Source: Anaeramoeba ignava BMAN
Taxonomy: Eukaryota > Protista > Anaeramoebae
Direction: 5' to 3'
Length of the DNA stretch: 64,000 bases
Assembly (NCBI GenBank): GCA_028826165.1
Contig: JAPDFW010000077.1
Coordinates: 186,001-250,000, forward strand
Shown: positions 13,498-27,117 of the stretch, piece by piece
Layout of the letters: each line of letters opens with the position of its first letter
Numbering within the stretch: position 1 is the first letter of the stretch
Translations under genes and position numbers: made by a program
The notes under the pieces: model-generated
The model's input: only the letters and a program-made list of their open reading frames with translations
What the model was told of the DNA's origin: nothing
The model's database searches: none

Positions 13498-16321
13498 ATG
13501 AATCCTGAATACGATTATCTTTTTAAACTTTTATTGATTGGAGATTCTGGTTTGTTATTTTATAAAAATTTAAATTAAAATTTAAATTAAAAATATAAAA
13601 ATTAAAATGATTAGGTGTTGGAAAAAGTTGCTTATTACTTCGTTTTGCTGTTTGTTTTCTTTTAAATAATAAAAAATTCTTTTTTAAAAAATTAAAAAAA
13701 ATTTCTTTTAATTTTATAAAAACAGGATGATACTTATACAGAAAGTTATATTAGTACAATAGGAGTTGATTTTGTAAAATTTATTCCTTTTGTGAAAAAA
13801 AAAATTATTCATTTATTAAAAAAAAATTTTTTTTTTTCCATTTAGAAAATTCGAACAATTGAATTAGAAGGAAAAACAATTAAACTTCAAATTGTAAATT
13901 TTTCAAATTCAAATTTTAAATTGAACAAATTTTAAATTGAACAAATTTTTAATTGAATAAATTTTAAATTAAATAAATTCTAAATTAAATAAATTTTTAA
14001 TTAAATAAATTCTAAATTGAATAAATTTTAAATTAAATAAATTTTAAATTGAATAATTTCTAATTGAATAAATTTTTAATTGAATAAATTTTTAATTGAA
14101 TAAATTTCAAATTAAATAAATTTTAAATTGAATAAATTTTAAATTGAATAAATTTTAAATTAAATAAAAAAGTGGGATACAGCAGGCCAAGAAAGATTTA
14201 GAACAATTACAAGTAGTTATTATAGAGGAGCTCATGGAATTATTATTGTTTATGATGTTACAGATCAAGAATCTTTTAATAATGTTAAAACTTGGCTTCA
14301 TGAAATTGATAGATATGCATCAGAACATGTTAATAAACTTCTTGTTGGAAATAAATCAGATCTTGTTTCTAAAAAAGTAGTTGATACAGATACAGCAAAA
14401 GTAAATATAAATTCAATCCAAAAATTCATTTCAAATTTATTTCAACTTCTATTTCAAATTCAAATTTCAAATTCATTTCAAATTTATTTCAAATTTATTT
14501 CAAATTTATTTCAAATTCATTTCAAATTTATTTCAAATTTATTTCAAATTCATTTCAATCCAAAAATTATTTCAAATTCAAATTTCAAATTCATTTCAAA
14601 TTCATTTCAAATTTATTTCAAATTTATTTCAAATTCATTTCAAATTTCAATTTAAATTCAATTCCAAATTTATTTCAAATTCATTTCAAATTTATTTCAA
14701 ATTTATTTCAAATTCATTTCAAATTTATTTCAAATTTATTTCAAATTTATTTCAAATTCATTTCAAATTTAATTTCAAATTTATTTCAAATTTATTTCAA
14801 ATTTATTTCAAATTCATTTCAAATTTAATTTCAAATTTATTTCAAATTTATTTCAAATTTATTTCAAATTTATTTCAAATTTATTTCAAATTTATTTCAA
14901 ATTTATTTCAAATTTATTTCAAATTCATTTCAAATTCATTTCAAATTTATTTCAAATTTATTTCAAATTTATTCCAAATTTCAATTTAAATTCAATTCCA
15001 AATTTATTTCAAATTTATTTCAAATTTATTTCAAATTCATTTCAAATTAATTTCAAATTAATTTCAAATTTATTTCAAATTTATTTCAACTTTATTTCAA
15101 ATTTATTTCAAATTCATTTCAAATTTATTTTTAAATTCATTTCAAATTCATTTCAAATTCATTTCAAATTCATTTCAAATTCATTTCAAATTTATTTCAA
15201 ATTCATTTCAAATTTATTTCAAATTCATTTCAAATTTATTTTAAATTCATTTCAAATTCATTTCAAATTCAATCCAAAAATTTATTTCAAATTCATTTCA
15301 AATTTATTTCAAATTTATTTCAAATTTATTTCAAATTTATTTCAAATTTATTTCAAATTTATTTCAAATTTATTTCAAATTTATTTCAAATTCATTTCAA
15401 ATTCAATCCAAAAATTTATTTCAAATTCATTTCAAACTCAATCCAAAAAATTAATTTCAAATTTATTTTAAATTTAATTCAATCCAAAAATTTATTTCAA
15501 ATTCATTTCAAATTTATTTCAAATTTATTTCAAATTTCAATTTAAATTCAATTCCAAATTTATTTCAAATTTATTTCAAATTTATTTCAAATTTATTTCA
15601 AATTTATTTCAAATTTATTTCAAATTCATTTCAAATTTAATTTCAAATTTATTTCAAATTTATTTCAAATTCAAATTTATTTCAAATTTATTTCAAATTT
15701 ATTTCAAATTCATTTCAAATTCAAATTTAATTTTAAATTCATTTCAAATTCATTTCAAATTCATTTCAAATTCAAATTCAATCCAAAAAATTAATTTCAA
15801 ATTCAAATTTATTTCAAATTCATTTCAAATTTATTTTTAAATTCATTTCAAATTCATTTCAAATTCATTTCAAATTCAATTCAAATTTATTTCAAATTTA
15901 ATTTCAAATTTATTTCAAATTTATTTCAAATTTATTTCAAATCTATTTCAAATTTATTTCAAATTTAATTTCAAATTTATTTTCAAATTTATTTCAAATT
16001 CAAATTTATTTCAAATTCATTTCAAATTCAATTAAAATTTAATTCAAATTCATTTCAAACTCAATCCAAAAAATTAATTTCAAATTTATTTCAATTTTAT
16101 TTAATTTTAAATTAATCTTCCTTTAGTCTTTCGCAGATCAACTTGGAATTCCTTTCCTTGAAACAAGTGCTAAAAATTCTACAAATGTTGAAAAAGCTTT
16201 TATTACAATGGCTGCTGAAATTAAGAAACGTGTTGGAACTTCTTCAAATACTACTTCTACAGCAAAAAGCGTCAAAGTTTCTGGTGGTCAAAATGTGGAA
16301 AAGAAAGGAGGTTGTTGCTAA
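13498..16321 (+). CDS. RAB1: Rab1 GTPase, 201 aa; exons 13498-13549, 13615-13649, 13726-13773, 13846-13893, 14173-14400, 16127-16321
   Basis: Spliced product [45 protein letters not shown]...[22 protein letters not shown]...NKSD...ETSAK...GGCC. Confidence 0.97.
14401..16126. repeat. Rab1 intron 5 (1726 nt) filled with (ATTTCAAATT(T/C))n
   Basis: GTAAAT...CTTTAG boundaries enclosing an 11-nt tandem array. Confidence 0.95.
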
Positions 16322-16558
16322 TTTGTTTCCAAATAAACAAAAATAATCAATCTTTTTTCTTTTTTCTTTCATTTTTCTTTTTCATTTCTTTTTTTTCAGT
16401 TTAAATATTCCATTAAGTTTCTTTTCTTTTCTTTTCTTTTGTTTGTTTTTGGAATATTTTTTTTTTGCTTTTTTGTTCAAGAATTCTTTAAAAAAAAAAA
16501 TGGAATTTTATTTTTTTTATTTTTTTTCTTCTCATTTTTGAATTGTTAAAAAAAAAAA

Positions 16559-18253
16559 ATGGAAATTGAAAAAGAAATTGAAAAAGAAAAAGAAAAAAAT
16601 TTAAATGAAATTTGTTCAATTTGTTTTGAAGAAATGACTCTTTCAGGTAAACATACAATTTGTTCACTTCCTTGTGGACATTTAATTTGTAAAAGTTGTG
16701 TTGAAAATTTAGTTAAAGATAAAAGAAATAATGAAGGAGAATGTCCATTTTGTAAATTACCTTTTGTTCTTCGAAAAGTTCGAACTTTAAAACAAACTCA
16801 AATGTTTATTCTTGATAACACTGACCTTCATTCTTTGGAGGAAGAATTGGAAAATCTTCAAAAAGAAATCCAAAAAAAGAAAAAGGAAATCCAAATTCTT
16901 GAATCATCAGAAAAATTAATGAAGTATACAAATCAACAAATAATGAAATCAATTGAGGAAAAAGAAGAGAAAAAAGAGGAAATAACTCAAAAAGAAAAAG
17001 CAAGAAAAGAAATGGAGGAAAATAAAACATTGCCAATATTTGAATTTTCACAGCAACCAAGAACACCATTAACATTGGAAACAGCACCAATTTTATTTTC
17101 TCAATCAACACTTAAAATCAATCAATCTGAAAATATCAATTCAAAACAAATTCCAAACGAAAAACTTGAAAATTTGCAAAATTCACATTTTAAGGATGTT
17201 AATGCAATTCAACTCCAAGGCGCTTATGTTCACGAATTGAATCCGGTGGATAATTGCTTGTATTCATCATGTTTTTTCGGTTCAAATTATCAAATTTGTC
17301 GAATTCCTTTAGAATTAGATAGCGAATTTGAATACTATAATTTGCACAAAAAACTCATCAGAGATATTAAATGCAATCAATCCCCAAATCAAACATCAAC
17401 ATCAACTCTGATACTCTCAGTTTCTGAAGACAAAACAGCGCAAATTACTGACACAAGAATGAATCGGCAAATTATGACATTTTTACTTTTTGAAAGTGGA
17501 TATTCTTGTTGTTTTGATAAATCAAATCCTTTCCACTTTTTTTGTGGTTCAAATTCAGGAAATGTTTTAACTTTTGATTACAGAAACACAACTTCAATTC
17601 TCAATTCCTTTAAAGTTCATGATCGAGATTTTCCTGTTAATTCTTTATCTTTTGCAGAAATTTCTCCTCAAAACAATTCTTTTGGAAATTCTGTTTTAAA
17701 TGGACTCATTTCTTGTGTTGGAAACTCTGTTTTCTTTCTTCGTCAAAAACCCAATTCAGATTTGGGTTTTGAGAAAATTGTTCTTGATTCTTCTTTAGGA
17801 ATACCTCTTCATGTTGGTTATTCTTCAAATTCACAAATTTTTTGGTCAGTTTTTAAATCACTTTCTCCAAATACACAAACTTCTTTTCAACTTTTCAATT
17901 TGAATTATGGTTCAAATTTCCAAATTAATCAATCCAAAATTTGGGAACATACTTTAGATTATCAAAATGAAAACAATATTTTTCCTTTTCAAGTTTTTGA
18001 TTGTTTTGGCAAATCTTTTTGTGCTACTTTAAGTGAAAATTCTTCTTCTATTAGTGTTTTTGATATCCAATCACAAAGTTTATTTGAACAATTTAATTCC
18101 TCAAAATCTCAAGTTTTGAATTCTATTCATCAGCTTGAAAAAAATTCTTTCCAACAAATAACTGATATTAAAACAATTAGCCTTCCAAATAAAATTATTC
18201 TTTCTTACATTTCAAATAATACAATTAGTATTTTCAAAAAAGGGAATTTTTAG
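16559..18253 (+). CDS. RING - coiled coil - WD40 E3 ubiquitin ligase (RFWD3-like)
   Basis: CSICFEE..SGKH..CSLPCGHLICKSC..CPFC RING, a coiled coil, then HKKLIRDI and LSVSEDKTAQITD WD40 repeats. Confidence 0.85.
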   Translation: MEIEKEIEKEKEKNLNEICSICFEEMTLSGKHTICSLPCGHLICKSCVENLVKDKRNNEGECPFCKLPFVLRKVRTLKQTQMFILDNTDLHSLEEELENLQKEIQKKKKEIQILESSEKLMKYTNQQIMKSIEEKEEKKEEITQKEKARKEMEENKTLPIFEFSQQPRTPLTLETAPILFSQSTLKINQSENINSKQIPNEKLENLQNSHFKDVNAIQLQGAYVHELNPVDNCLYSSCFFGSNYQICRIPLELDSEFEYYNLHKKLIRDIKCNQSPNQTSTSTLILSVSEDKTAQITDTRMNRQIMTFLLFESGYSCCFDKSNPFHFFCGSNSGNVLTFDYRNTTSILNSFKVHDRDFPVNSLSFAEISPQNNSFGNSVLNGLISCVGNSVFFLRQKPNSDLGFEKIVLDSSLGIPLHVGYSSNSQIFWSVFKSLSPNTQTSFQLFNLNYGSNFQINQSKIWEHTLDYQNENNIFPFQVFDCFGKSFCATLSENSSSISVFDIQSQSLFEQFNSSKSQVLNSIHQLEKNSFQQITDIKTISLPNKIILSYISNNTISIFKKGNF

Positions 18254-18489
18254 CAAATGTAAAAACAATAAAAATAAAAATTTTGAATTTGAATTTGAAT
18301 TTGAATTTAAATTTGAAAATGAAAATGTAAATGATTTTTGTTTTTAATGTAAATTTGTTGTTTCTTTTGATTTTCCATTTATAAGAGAAAAAAAAGAAAG
18401 TAATTATAATTTGGTTCTATTATTTGAGTAAAAAAAAAACTGGGAAGTAAAGCAAAGAATTTAAAAAAGAAAAATGAAAGAAGAGGGAT

Positions 18490-20483
18490 TTAGCGATATC
18501 TACGTAAAGAAAGAGTATTTCTTCTTTTCCAATTTCCTCTTCTTGAAGGTCTTAATTTTGAGTATCTGTGACCTTTTCCACTCAAGCCTAATAAAATAAA
18601 TAAAATCAATTTAAAAATTATTTTTAACATGAAAGTTTGAAAAATTATTTCAAATTAAATTTAAAAATTATTTCAAATTAAATTTAAAAATTAATTTTAA
18701 CATGAAAGTTTGAAAAATTATTTCAAATTAAAATCTTTTTTTTTTTACCTCTATGTTTTCTTCCTGCTGAAGTTAATCCTCTTGATTCTCGATGTTTCAT
18801 TGTTGGTCTGCAAATCCAATTTATTCTTGGATTATCTCTAATTCTTTTATGAAATGGATCAACTAAAATAACTTCATAAAATTTATAAGTTGAATCTGCA
18901 TTAATCCAATAACTATTAAGAACTCTTAAATTTCCACATTTCTTTCCAACTCTTTCTTCAGCAACACTTCTAATATTTTTTGCTGATTTCATTCTATTAA
19001 CACCTTGACTTTTTGGTTTTCCATGAACTTGACCTTTTCTAACTTGTTTTTTACGACCACCTTTTCTTATTCTAATTCTGTAGATAACAAATCCTAATAA
19101 ATTTAATTAGAAAATAATTTAATAATTTAATAATTTAATAATTTAATAAGTTAATTAGAAAATAATTTAATATTTTAATAATTTAATATTTTAATAATTT
19201 AATTTAATAAATTTAATAATTTAATTATTTAATAATTTTAATAATTTAATTTAATAAATTTAATAATTTAATAATTTAATTATTTAATAATTTAATAATT
19301 TAATAATTTAATAAGTTAATAAGTTAATAATTTAATAATTTAATATTTTAATATTTTAATAATTTAATTAAGTAAATAATTTAATAATTTAATAATTTAA
19401 TAATTTAATATTTTAATATTTTAATAATTTAATAATTTAATAATTTTAATAATTTAATAAATTTAATAATTTAATAATTTAATAAGTAAATTTAATAATT
19501 TAATAATTTAATTTAATAATTTAATAATTTAATAATTTAATAATTTAATAATTTAATAATTTAATAATTTAATAAATTTAATAATTTAATAATTTAATAA
19601 TTTAATAATTTAATAATTTAATAATTTAATAATTTAATAATTTAATAATTTAATAAGTAAATAATTTAATAATTTAATAATTTAATTATTTAATAATTTA
19701 ATAAATTTAATAATTTAATAATTTAATAATTTAATAATTTAATAATTTAATAAATTAATAATTTAATAATTTAATAAATTTAATAATTTAATAATTTAAT
19801 AATTTAATAAATTAATAATTTTAAAGTTTTAATTTAATTAATAATTTAATAATTTAATAATTTAAATAATTTAATAATTTAATAATTTAATAATTTAATA
19901 ATTTAATAATTTAATAATTTAATAATTTAATAATTTAATAATTTAATAATTTAATAATTTAATAATTTAATAATTTAATAATTTAATAATTTAATAATTT
20001 AATAATTTAATAATTTAATAATTTAATAATTTAATAATTTAATTAGAAAATAATTTAATAATTTAATAATTTAATAATTTAATAATTTAATAATTTAATA
20101 AATTTAATAATTTAATAATTTAATTAGAAAATAATTTAATAATTTAATAATTTAATAAGTTAATAATTTAATAAGTTAATAATTTAATAATTTAATAATT
20201 TAATAATTTAATAATTTAATAATTTAATAAATTAATAATTTAATAATTTAATAATTTAATAATTTAATAATTTAATTAGAAAATAATTTAATAATTTAAT
20301 AATTTAATCACCTTGAGATGCTTTATAACCTAACATTCTTGCTTTATCTGGTCTTGATGGTCTTGGTGCTCGATGAATTGTTGGTAATTGTCTATATTGC
20401 CATGCTCTCATTCGAAGCAAAAAACGAATTACATCGCTTTGCTTTTTTCTCATTAATTCTTGCATGTATTTATATGCTCCCAT
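18490..20483 (-). CDS. RPL15: 60S ribosomal protein L15, 204 aa; exons 20483-20312, 19093-18749, 18587-18490
   Basis: [32 protein letters not shown]...NLRVLNSYW...EVILVDP...NTLSLRRYR. Confidence 0.97.
19094..20311. repeat. RPL15 intron 1 (1218 nt) filled with (TAATAATT)n
   Basis: 8-nt tandem array between the GT and AG sites. Confidence 0.95.
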
Positions 20484-20699
20484 TGTTATTTTATTATTAA
20501 TTAACTAATAAAATTTGTTTTTATTTAATTTTTAATTGGAAAAGAAAAGAAAAAAAATGAAAAATTTTTTTTTAATTTAAAATAATAAAAAGGAGAAAAA
20601 AAAATTTTTTCTTCTTCTTTTTCAATTATTACTAATTATTTTAAATAAATTATTCATCCTTTTTTTTTTTCTTTTTTAAATCTTTTTTTATCAAACAAT

Positions 20700-21545
20700 C
20701 CCTTTTTATTTTAATTTAATTTATTATTTATTAATCATTCCACTTTTTATTTCAATTTAATTTATTATTTATTATTTATTCCACTTTTTATTATTTATTA
20801 TTTATTTCAATTTAATTTATTATTTATTATTTATTATTTATTCCACTTTTTATTTTAATTTAATTTATTATTTATTATTTATTATTTATTCCACTTTTTA
20901 TTTTAATTTAATTTATTATTTATTATTTATTCCACTTTTTATTTTAATTTAATTTATTATTTATTATTTATTCCACTTTTTATTTCAATTTTATTTATTA
21001 ATCATTCCACTTTTTATTTCAAATTTAATTTATTATTTATTATTTATTATTTATTCCACTTTTATTTCAATTTAATTTATTTTTAATTTAATTTATTATT
21101 TATTCCACTTTTTATTTTAATTTAATTTATTATTTATTATTTATTAATTATTATTTATTCCACTTTTTATTTCAAATTAATTTATTATTTATTTTTATTC
21201 CACTTTTTATTTTAATTTAATTATTTATTATTTATTATTTATTAATTATTCCACTTTTTATTTCAATTTAATTTATTTTAATTTAATTTATTATTTATTC
21301 CACTTTTTATTTCAATTTAATTTATTATTTATTAATTATTCCACTTTTTATTTCAATTTAATTTATTATTTATTCCACTTTTTATTTCAATTTAATTTAT
21401 TATTTATTAATTATTATTTATTCCACTTTTTATTTTAATTTAATTTATTATTTATTCCACTTTTTATTCCACTTTTTATTTCAATTTAATTTATTATTTA
21501 TTATTTATTCCACTTTTTTATTATTTATTATTTATTCCACTTTTT
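20700..21545. repeat. Intergenic minisatellite with TTATTCCAC core
   Basis: Repeated TTTATTCCACTTTTTATTT(C/T)AATTTAATTTATTA between divergent genes. Confidence 0.92.
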
Positions 21546-21647
21546 TTTTTCAATAAAATTTGACATTGATTGATTGATTAATTGTTTGAGAAAAAAAATA
21601 AAAATCATTTTTCTTTCATTCAAAAAAAAAAAAAAAACAAACAAACA

Positions 21648-22502
21648 ATGATCTCTCAATATTTAGATCAAAATTTATCTCCTCAAATTGATTCAACTCA
21701 AAAAATTATTTCTGATTTTAGATCTTCTCTAAAAAAAATTCTGACACACAATTCAAATTTAGGAAATGAAAATGAAAAATTAATAAACAAAATTACAGAA
21801 TTTTCAAAACTAGAAAAATCAGAATTACATGACATTTTAAATAATTTTAATCACTCTTTATCTCAAATTGAAAATCAAAGAAAAATTATGTTTTCTAAAC
21901 AAAGATCTCAAATTATAATTCCTTTGAAAAAATTTACTTTTTCTTCAAAAGAAATCAAATCTCTTGAAAAGAAAATTGAAATTCTTTTCCAAAAAGGTTT
22001 TTCCAAAAAAATAATCCAAGAAAAATTATCTCCAAAAGAAAGAAATAAAGTAAGTTAAAAAAAGAAAGAAAAAAATAATTTTTTTTTCTTACTTTTTTTT
22101 TTTGATAAATTAGGAAGAAGAAGAAAAAGAAATGGAAGAAATTAAAGAAGAAATTAAACCTTTGATAAATGAATTTAATGAAAAATCTGAAATTTTTGAA
22201 CAAAAGAAAATTCATATTTTGATCAAAATGATGAAAAATTTTACTTTTAATCAACTTGTTTTTCATGCAAAATCTCTTGAAATTTTAACTTTAATAAATT
22301 CAAATTTAATGAAATTTGATGAAGACCAATATATTGAGAATAAAATGAAAGAAATCTTTAATTTAGAACAAAGTAAATTTTTTTATTTATTCAAAACAAA
22401 AAAAAAAAACTTTTATTTTAATTTTTAAAATTAATCAAAAAAAAAAAAAAAGTAATTGAAGATTTAGGTTTTAATTTAGATCCAGAAACAGAATCTTTTT
22501 AA
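21648..22502 (+). CDS. BAR-domain protein, FAM92/CIBAR-like, ~236 aa; exons 21648-22049, 22114-22372, 22453-22502
   Basis: All-helical. FEQKKI...NQLVFHAKSLEIL...DEDQ resembles the FAM92 C-terminal helix. The GT-AG joins keep frame. Confidence 0.65.
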
Positions 22503-22628
22503 ATCTAAAAAAGAAAAAATCAAAAAGATCCACTTTTTTTTTTCCAATTTTTTTTCTTTTTTAATTTCAAATATCACAAAAGAAAAATTCACAAAAAAAA
22601 AAAAAACCAAATTCTTTTATAATAATTT

Positions 22629-23849
22629 TTAAACTCTTAAAATTTGAGTTTTATTTGCAAATGAAATTGCAATCCAATCATTTCTAGCAGAAGACCATTG
22701 AAGATTATTAATTTCTCTTTCGGCTGTATAACCAAGAACTGGTTCTTCTATTGGGTTTGGAACTTTAGAAAGATCCCAAATTAATGCTTGTCGATCTTCT
22801 CCAGAAGTACAAATATGACAAGAAGAATGAGGAGCCCAAGCAATACTATTAATACTTGCATTATGACCTTCAAGTTCTGTAACTGGAATAGAAGGAATTC
22901 TATTTAAAATTAAAACATTAAAATTAAAATGTTAAAATTAAAATATTAAATGTTAAAAGGAAATGAACCTAATATCAAGAATAACAACTTTCTCGCTTTC
23001 CATTAAAACAACACCAAGATAATTAGAATCTAATTTATTCCATGCTAATCGAAGTAAAGGAATTAAACCAGGACTTTCATAAATGATAATTGAATGCTCT
23101 AAATTTCGTAAATCAAATAAACGAACTGATCCATCTGCACTTACAGAACCAAATGTATTTGTTGTTTTTGTAAAAGCTATATCATAAACTTCTTTATCGT
23201 GAGCAATAATTTGCGTTGTTGTTGTTTGAGCTTCAATATCCCAAATTATACAAGTTGTATCAATAGATGAAGTTCCAATAATTCTTGGATCAACTTCATT
23301 CCAATCAAAAGAAGTAAGAGGAGCGCAATATTCTGAATTTTTATTCTAATTTGGATTTAAATATTTAAATATTTATTTATTTATTTAAATATAATTTACA
23401 CTTCGAAGTAAAGCAGTAAGTTGGACATCATCATCTTTATTTTCCCAAATACGAAGATAATCAGCAGTAGTAGCAAGTAAATCAGGAGCATTTAGAGATT
23501 TATCAGTAGACCAACTGATTTTTGTTGCGGGATAAGGATGGTCGAATGAACAAACTTCAAATAATTCATCGACTTCCTCATCGAGTTGAACAATCTGTAC
23601 TTTATTTTTGTATTTTTCAATAAATGAACCAACAGCAAATCGGAAAGGATTTTCGGGTCGCAATGCCCAACTTAATGAAAATGTGTTCCAATTAGATTCA
23701 AAAGTATATACATCTTTTTTTGGACATAATGATATTCTTCCGCTTTCATCGTCTTGTGTTGGACTATCTGTAAGAAATGCGTGTGTTTCATCTTCTGTTT
23801 GGTGTTCAGTTTCACTAAAAGAATTTTTTTCTAAACTATTATCACTCAT
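22629..23849 (-). CDS. DCAF7: DCAF7/WDR68 (AN11/HAN11) WD40 protein, ~365 aa; exons 23849-23400, 23345-22969, 22899-22629
   Basis: [82 protein letters not shown], terminal ILRV. Confidence 0.95.
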
Positions 23850-23924
23850 ACAAAATGAAAAAGAAGGAAAAATGAAAAATGAAAAATGAAAAATGAAAAA
23901 AAAATTTATTAAAATGAATTTAAT

Positions 23925-26900
23925 TTAATCTAAGAAATTTCTGCAAAAAGCAGCAAGGAAATGAGCTTGGTGATATTGAGAAAAAGAAAAAATATCATTA
24001 ACATTTTCGAAATCAACAAAATCACATAAATAAGATTCAAGACGAATACGCAACAAATCAAGCATAATTTCATTGGAAACAGCAAGTAACTCCAAAGCCT
24101 TTTCCAAAGATAAAGAAGTTAGAGGATCATGACCATAAAGGAAATGGAGAACAAATTGGATCATTTCAAGAGATTGGGCCTTTATTTCGAGTTTTGGTGA
24201 GCTCTGTCCAGAAAGATCATGAAAGGTCATCATTCCTTGGAAATAGTCTGATCCAAAATAAAGAATTGATTCATGAGTGGGAATTGTTGTTCCGTCAACA
24301 ATAAGAGTGTAAGTGGGATAAAGTGCGGAATTAATTTCCATTTTTTCTGCTTCAGATGAAAAGCGAAGTATATTTGGAGGGATAATTTCAAGCGGAAGAA
24401 GAAACTTGGAGATGAGTTCTTGGATTGTTTCTTTTGCTTCAAGTGGGAATTTTTTAGGAACTCTTGAATATAGAGTGTGAAAAAGTAAATTGAGAATATC
24501 TTTTGTTGTGGGAAATTCAAGTTTTGTTGCATTTGGATTATCTTGGAAATAATGCTTGAAAAAGGGAGAGTAAGAAGCTAAGATGAAGCGGTGAGTATAA
24601 ATTAGGGATCCATCAACAGAAGAAATGATGAAATCGGAAAATTTTTGTGAATCAAGTGAAAGTGATAATCGAAAGTAGGGAGTTGATTGCAGTTTTCGTG
24701 TTCTTTTTTCGGCATATTTTCTCACATGAGAAGGAAATAAAGAGGATGAGGAAATGAAGAATAAAATCTCTTTACAGAGCCTGCTATATTCTGTTTTTGG
24801 ATCAATGAGAGAAAGATGATAGATATTTTTTATTAATCCAATTTGCAAATGAGAAACATTATTTTTCATTCTCAAGATGATTCTTTTCAAAAATAAGAGA
24901 AGTGCTTCTTGGGTAAGAAAAGCGGGGTTTGAAGAAAGTAAGTTTGTGATTATTGTTGCTGATGAAAGAGATTGAGTGAATGGGCAATCGAAAATGAATG
25001 AGGACGATTTCCGAAATTTGGAGGATGATTTTGATTCAAAGTATGTTTGGTGAAGTTTTGGTTTAATAATGTGTTGAGGATCTTTCATGAAGGGAAGTTT
25101 TTTGAGTGTTGTGGAAGAAAGATTCTCTGCCCAATCTTGTTGAAACTTAAGAGGTGAAGGCTTTTCGATGATTTCTTTTTCGATTAAATCAGGTTGGGAA
25201 GATTGTAGTGAAGAAATATTGGAGTTATTATTGGTTGTGTCGTTCTGGAGAACAAGTTCAAAGATATCAGATTCTTGAGAAGAGTGATAATATCCTTTTA
25301 TTGATATGGTATTCCCATCCCCAATTCCGATTTCTCCTTGATAGATATTAGGAACAACAATATATGCTCCTTGAATCATTTGATATTCAACAATAACAAC
25401 TTCATTTTTATCAGGATTAAAAGATCCATAACAAAGAACGCGTGAGTAATTCAGACTTGGCCAAAAAAGTACGCCATCAAAATTGAGTTCTTCGCAATTA
25501 TCCAAAGCTAGAATCATTGGATATGGCTGGAAATTTTCCTGTTTACAGATCCCAACAAAAATACTTCCTTTCTTAATTCTTTTCCATAAAAATTCTTTTG
25601 ATTGATTTTTCTGTTCTTCTTTTTTGACATTTTTTTCAGTTAAAATTTGAAGAATTTGATCCTTTTCTAAGATTTCTGTTTTCTCCTTTTCATCAATACT
25701 ATAAATAAAGTCCATAACTTGGTTTACAGAAAAAAATTGTAAAGCTTGTTCTCCATAAAGAGTGCATTTCTCGGGATTAATTTTTTGAGAAGAAAGTCTT
25801 GAAAGTTGGAGTAGAAAATTCGATTCTGGAAAACAAGAATTGATTTTTTTTATAACTGTCAAGTTTTTTGGATCAAAAATTTGGGAATTTGAGAATACCA
25901 CATTGGGAACCAAGGATAATTCTGTGAGAGCCCATGACGAAATGGATCTTTGGAATTGATGCCTATCGACAGAAAGTAAATGAATGAGTCTAATTGTTTG
26001 TTTGATAAAATCTTGTGTGATTTTGTTTTTTTCAATTGATCCGAAATGTGGATTTTTGAAAAGTTCAATAGCAACAGCGAAAAAAGTTTCTTCTGGGATA
26101 TCGAAATCATTTGCCATTTCAGAGAGTCTTTTCACGCAATCTAAGTTGATGATTTCTTGGGGTTTATGAAGAATAAATTGGTGGATCAAATTGAATTGAT
26201 GTTTTTGTGAAGTGGGAGATGGAAATTGGTAATTAGCAAGACAAAGCGGGATTGGTAAATGATCAATGATATAATCTTGGGAATCAGGATCAGAAACTAA
26301 ATTTGATAAAAATTCAATGATAAAAACTTGTATTTCTTGAAACAATAAATGTTGCAATTTTGAGATTAAAATGTCGATCAATTTTTTATTTGCAACAATT
26401 TGAGGAATAACTTTATAGTTAACCGATAATGAGCAAAGAATAAGAGAAATGGTATAATTAAGTCGAAAATCTTCGTTCTTTTCATTTGAAAAAATCTCTA
26501 CAATTTTATCAAGAATGCCAAGTTTAACAATTGAATTTTGGGTTGTCCCAATTTCTGATAAATATCCAAAAACATTTAAAATATCCATAAATTCTTCTTT
26601 ATTTCCTTTTGTATTTATTGATTGAATGAATAATTTCGGACCATCACTTTCTTGAAAATAGTTTGCTAGTTCAACAGTTGATTCGTTTTCATGTGCGAAC
26701 ATTGTCATAAAAATACCTGATAATGAATTAATCCAATAATATGATGCATATCCTTTTATTTTCGTTAATTCCTTTAATGTTTGAACAAATTTCTGCCAAA
26801 ATCCTTGTTTGCAAATTTTTGTAAATTCAGCATCTTTTAAAATTAAAATTCATTTTTAAAATTAAAATTCATTTTTAAAATTAAAATTCATTTTTAAAAT

Positions 26901-27048
26901 TAAAATTCATTTATAAAATTAAAATTAATATTAAAATACCTGATAATTCCTCTAATAAGGAATTTAAATCTGTTAATTCTTCAAAAAAATTAGAAAAATC
27001 ATCTTTATTTTTTTGCCAAATTTGAAAAAGATCAAATCTAGGATCCAT
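23925..27048 (-). CDS. ARM-like repeats + beta-rich domain + tandem BTB protein, ~1005 aa; exons 27048-26940 and 26833-23925
   Basis: Two C-terminal BTB domains (FSDFII..HRFILASYSPFF; THESILYFGSDYF..LHFLYG) and a helical N-terminus. Confidence 0.8.
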
Positions 27049-27117
27049 TTTAATTTTGAAAAAAATGAAAAATGAAAAATGAAAAATGAAAAATGAAAAA
27101 AAAAATTTATTTTGAAT

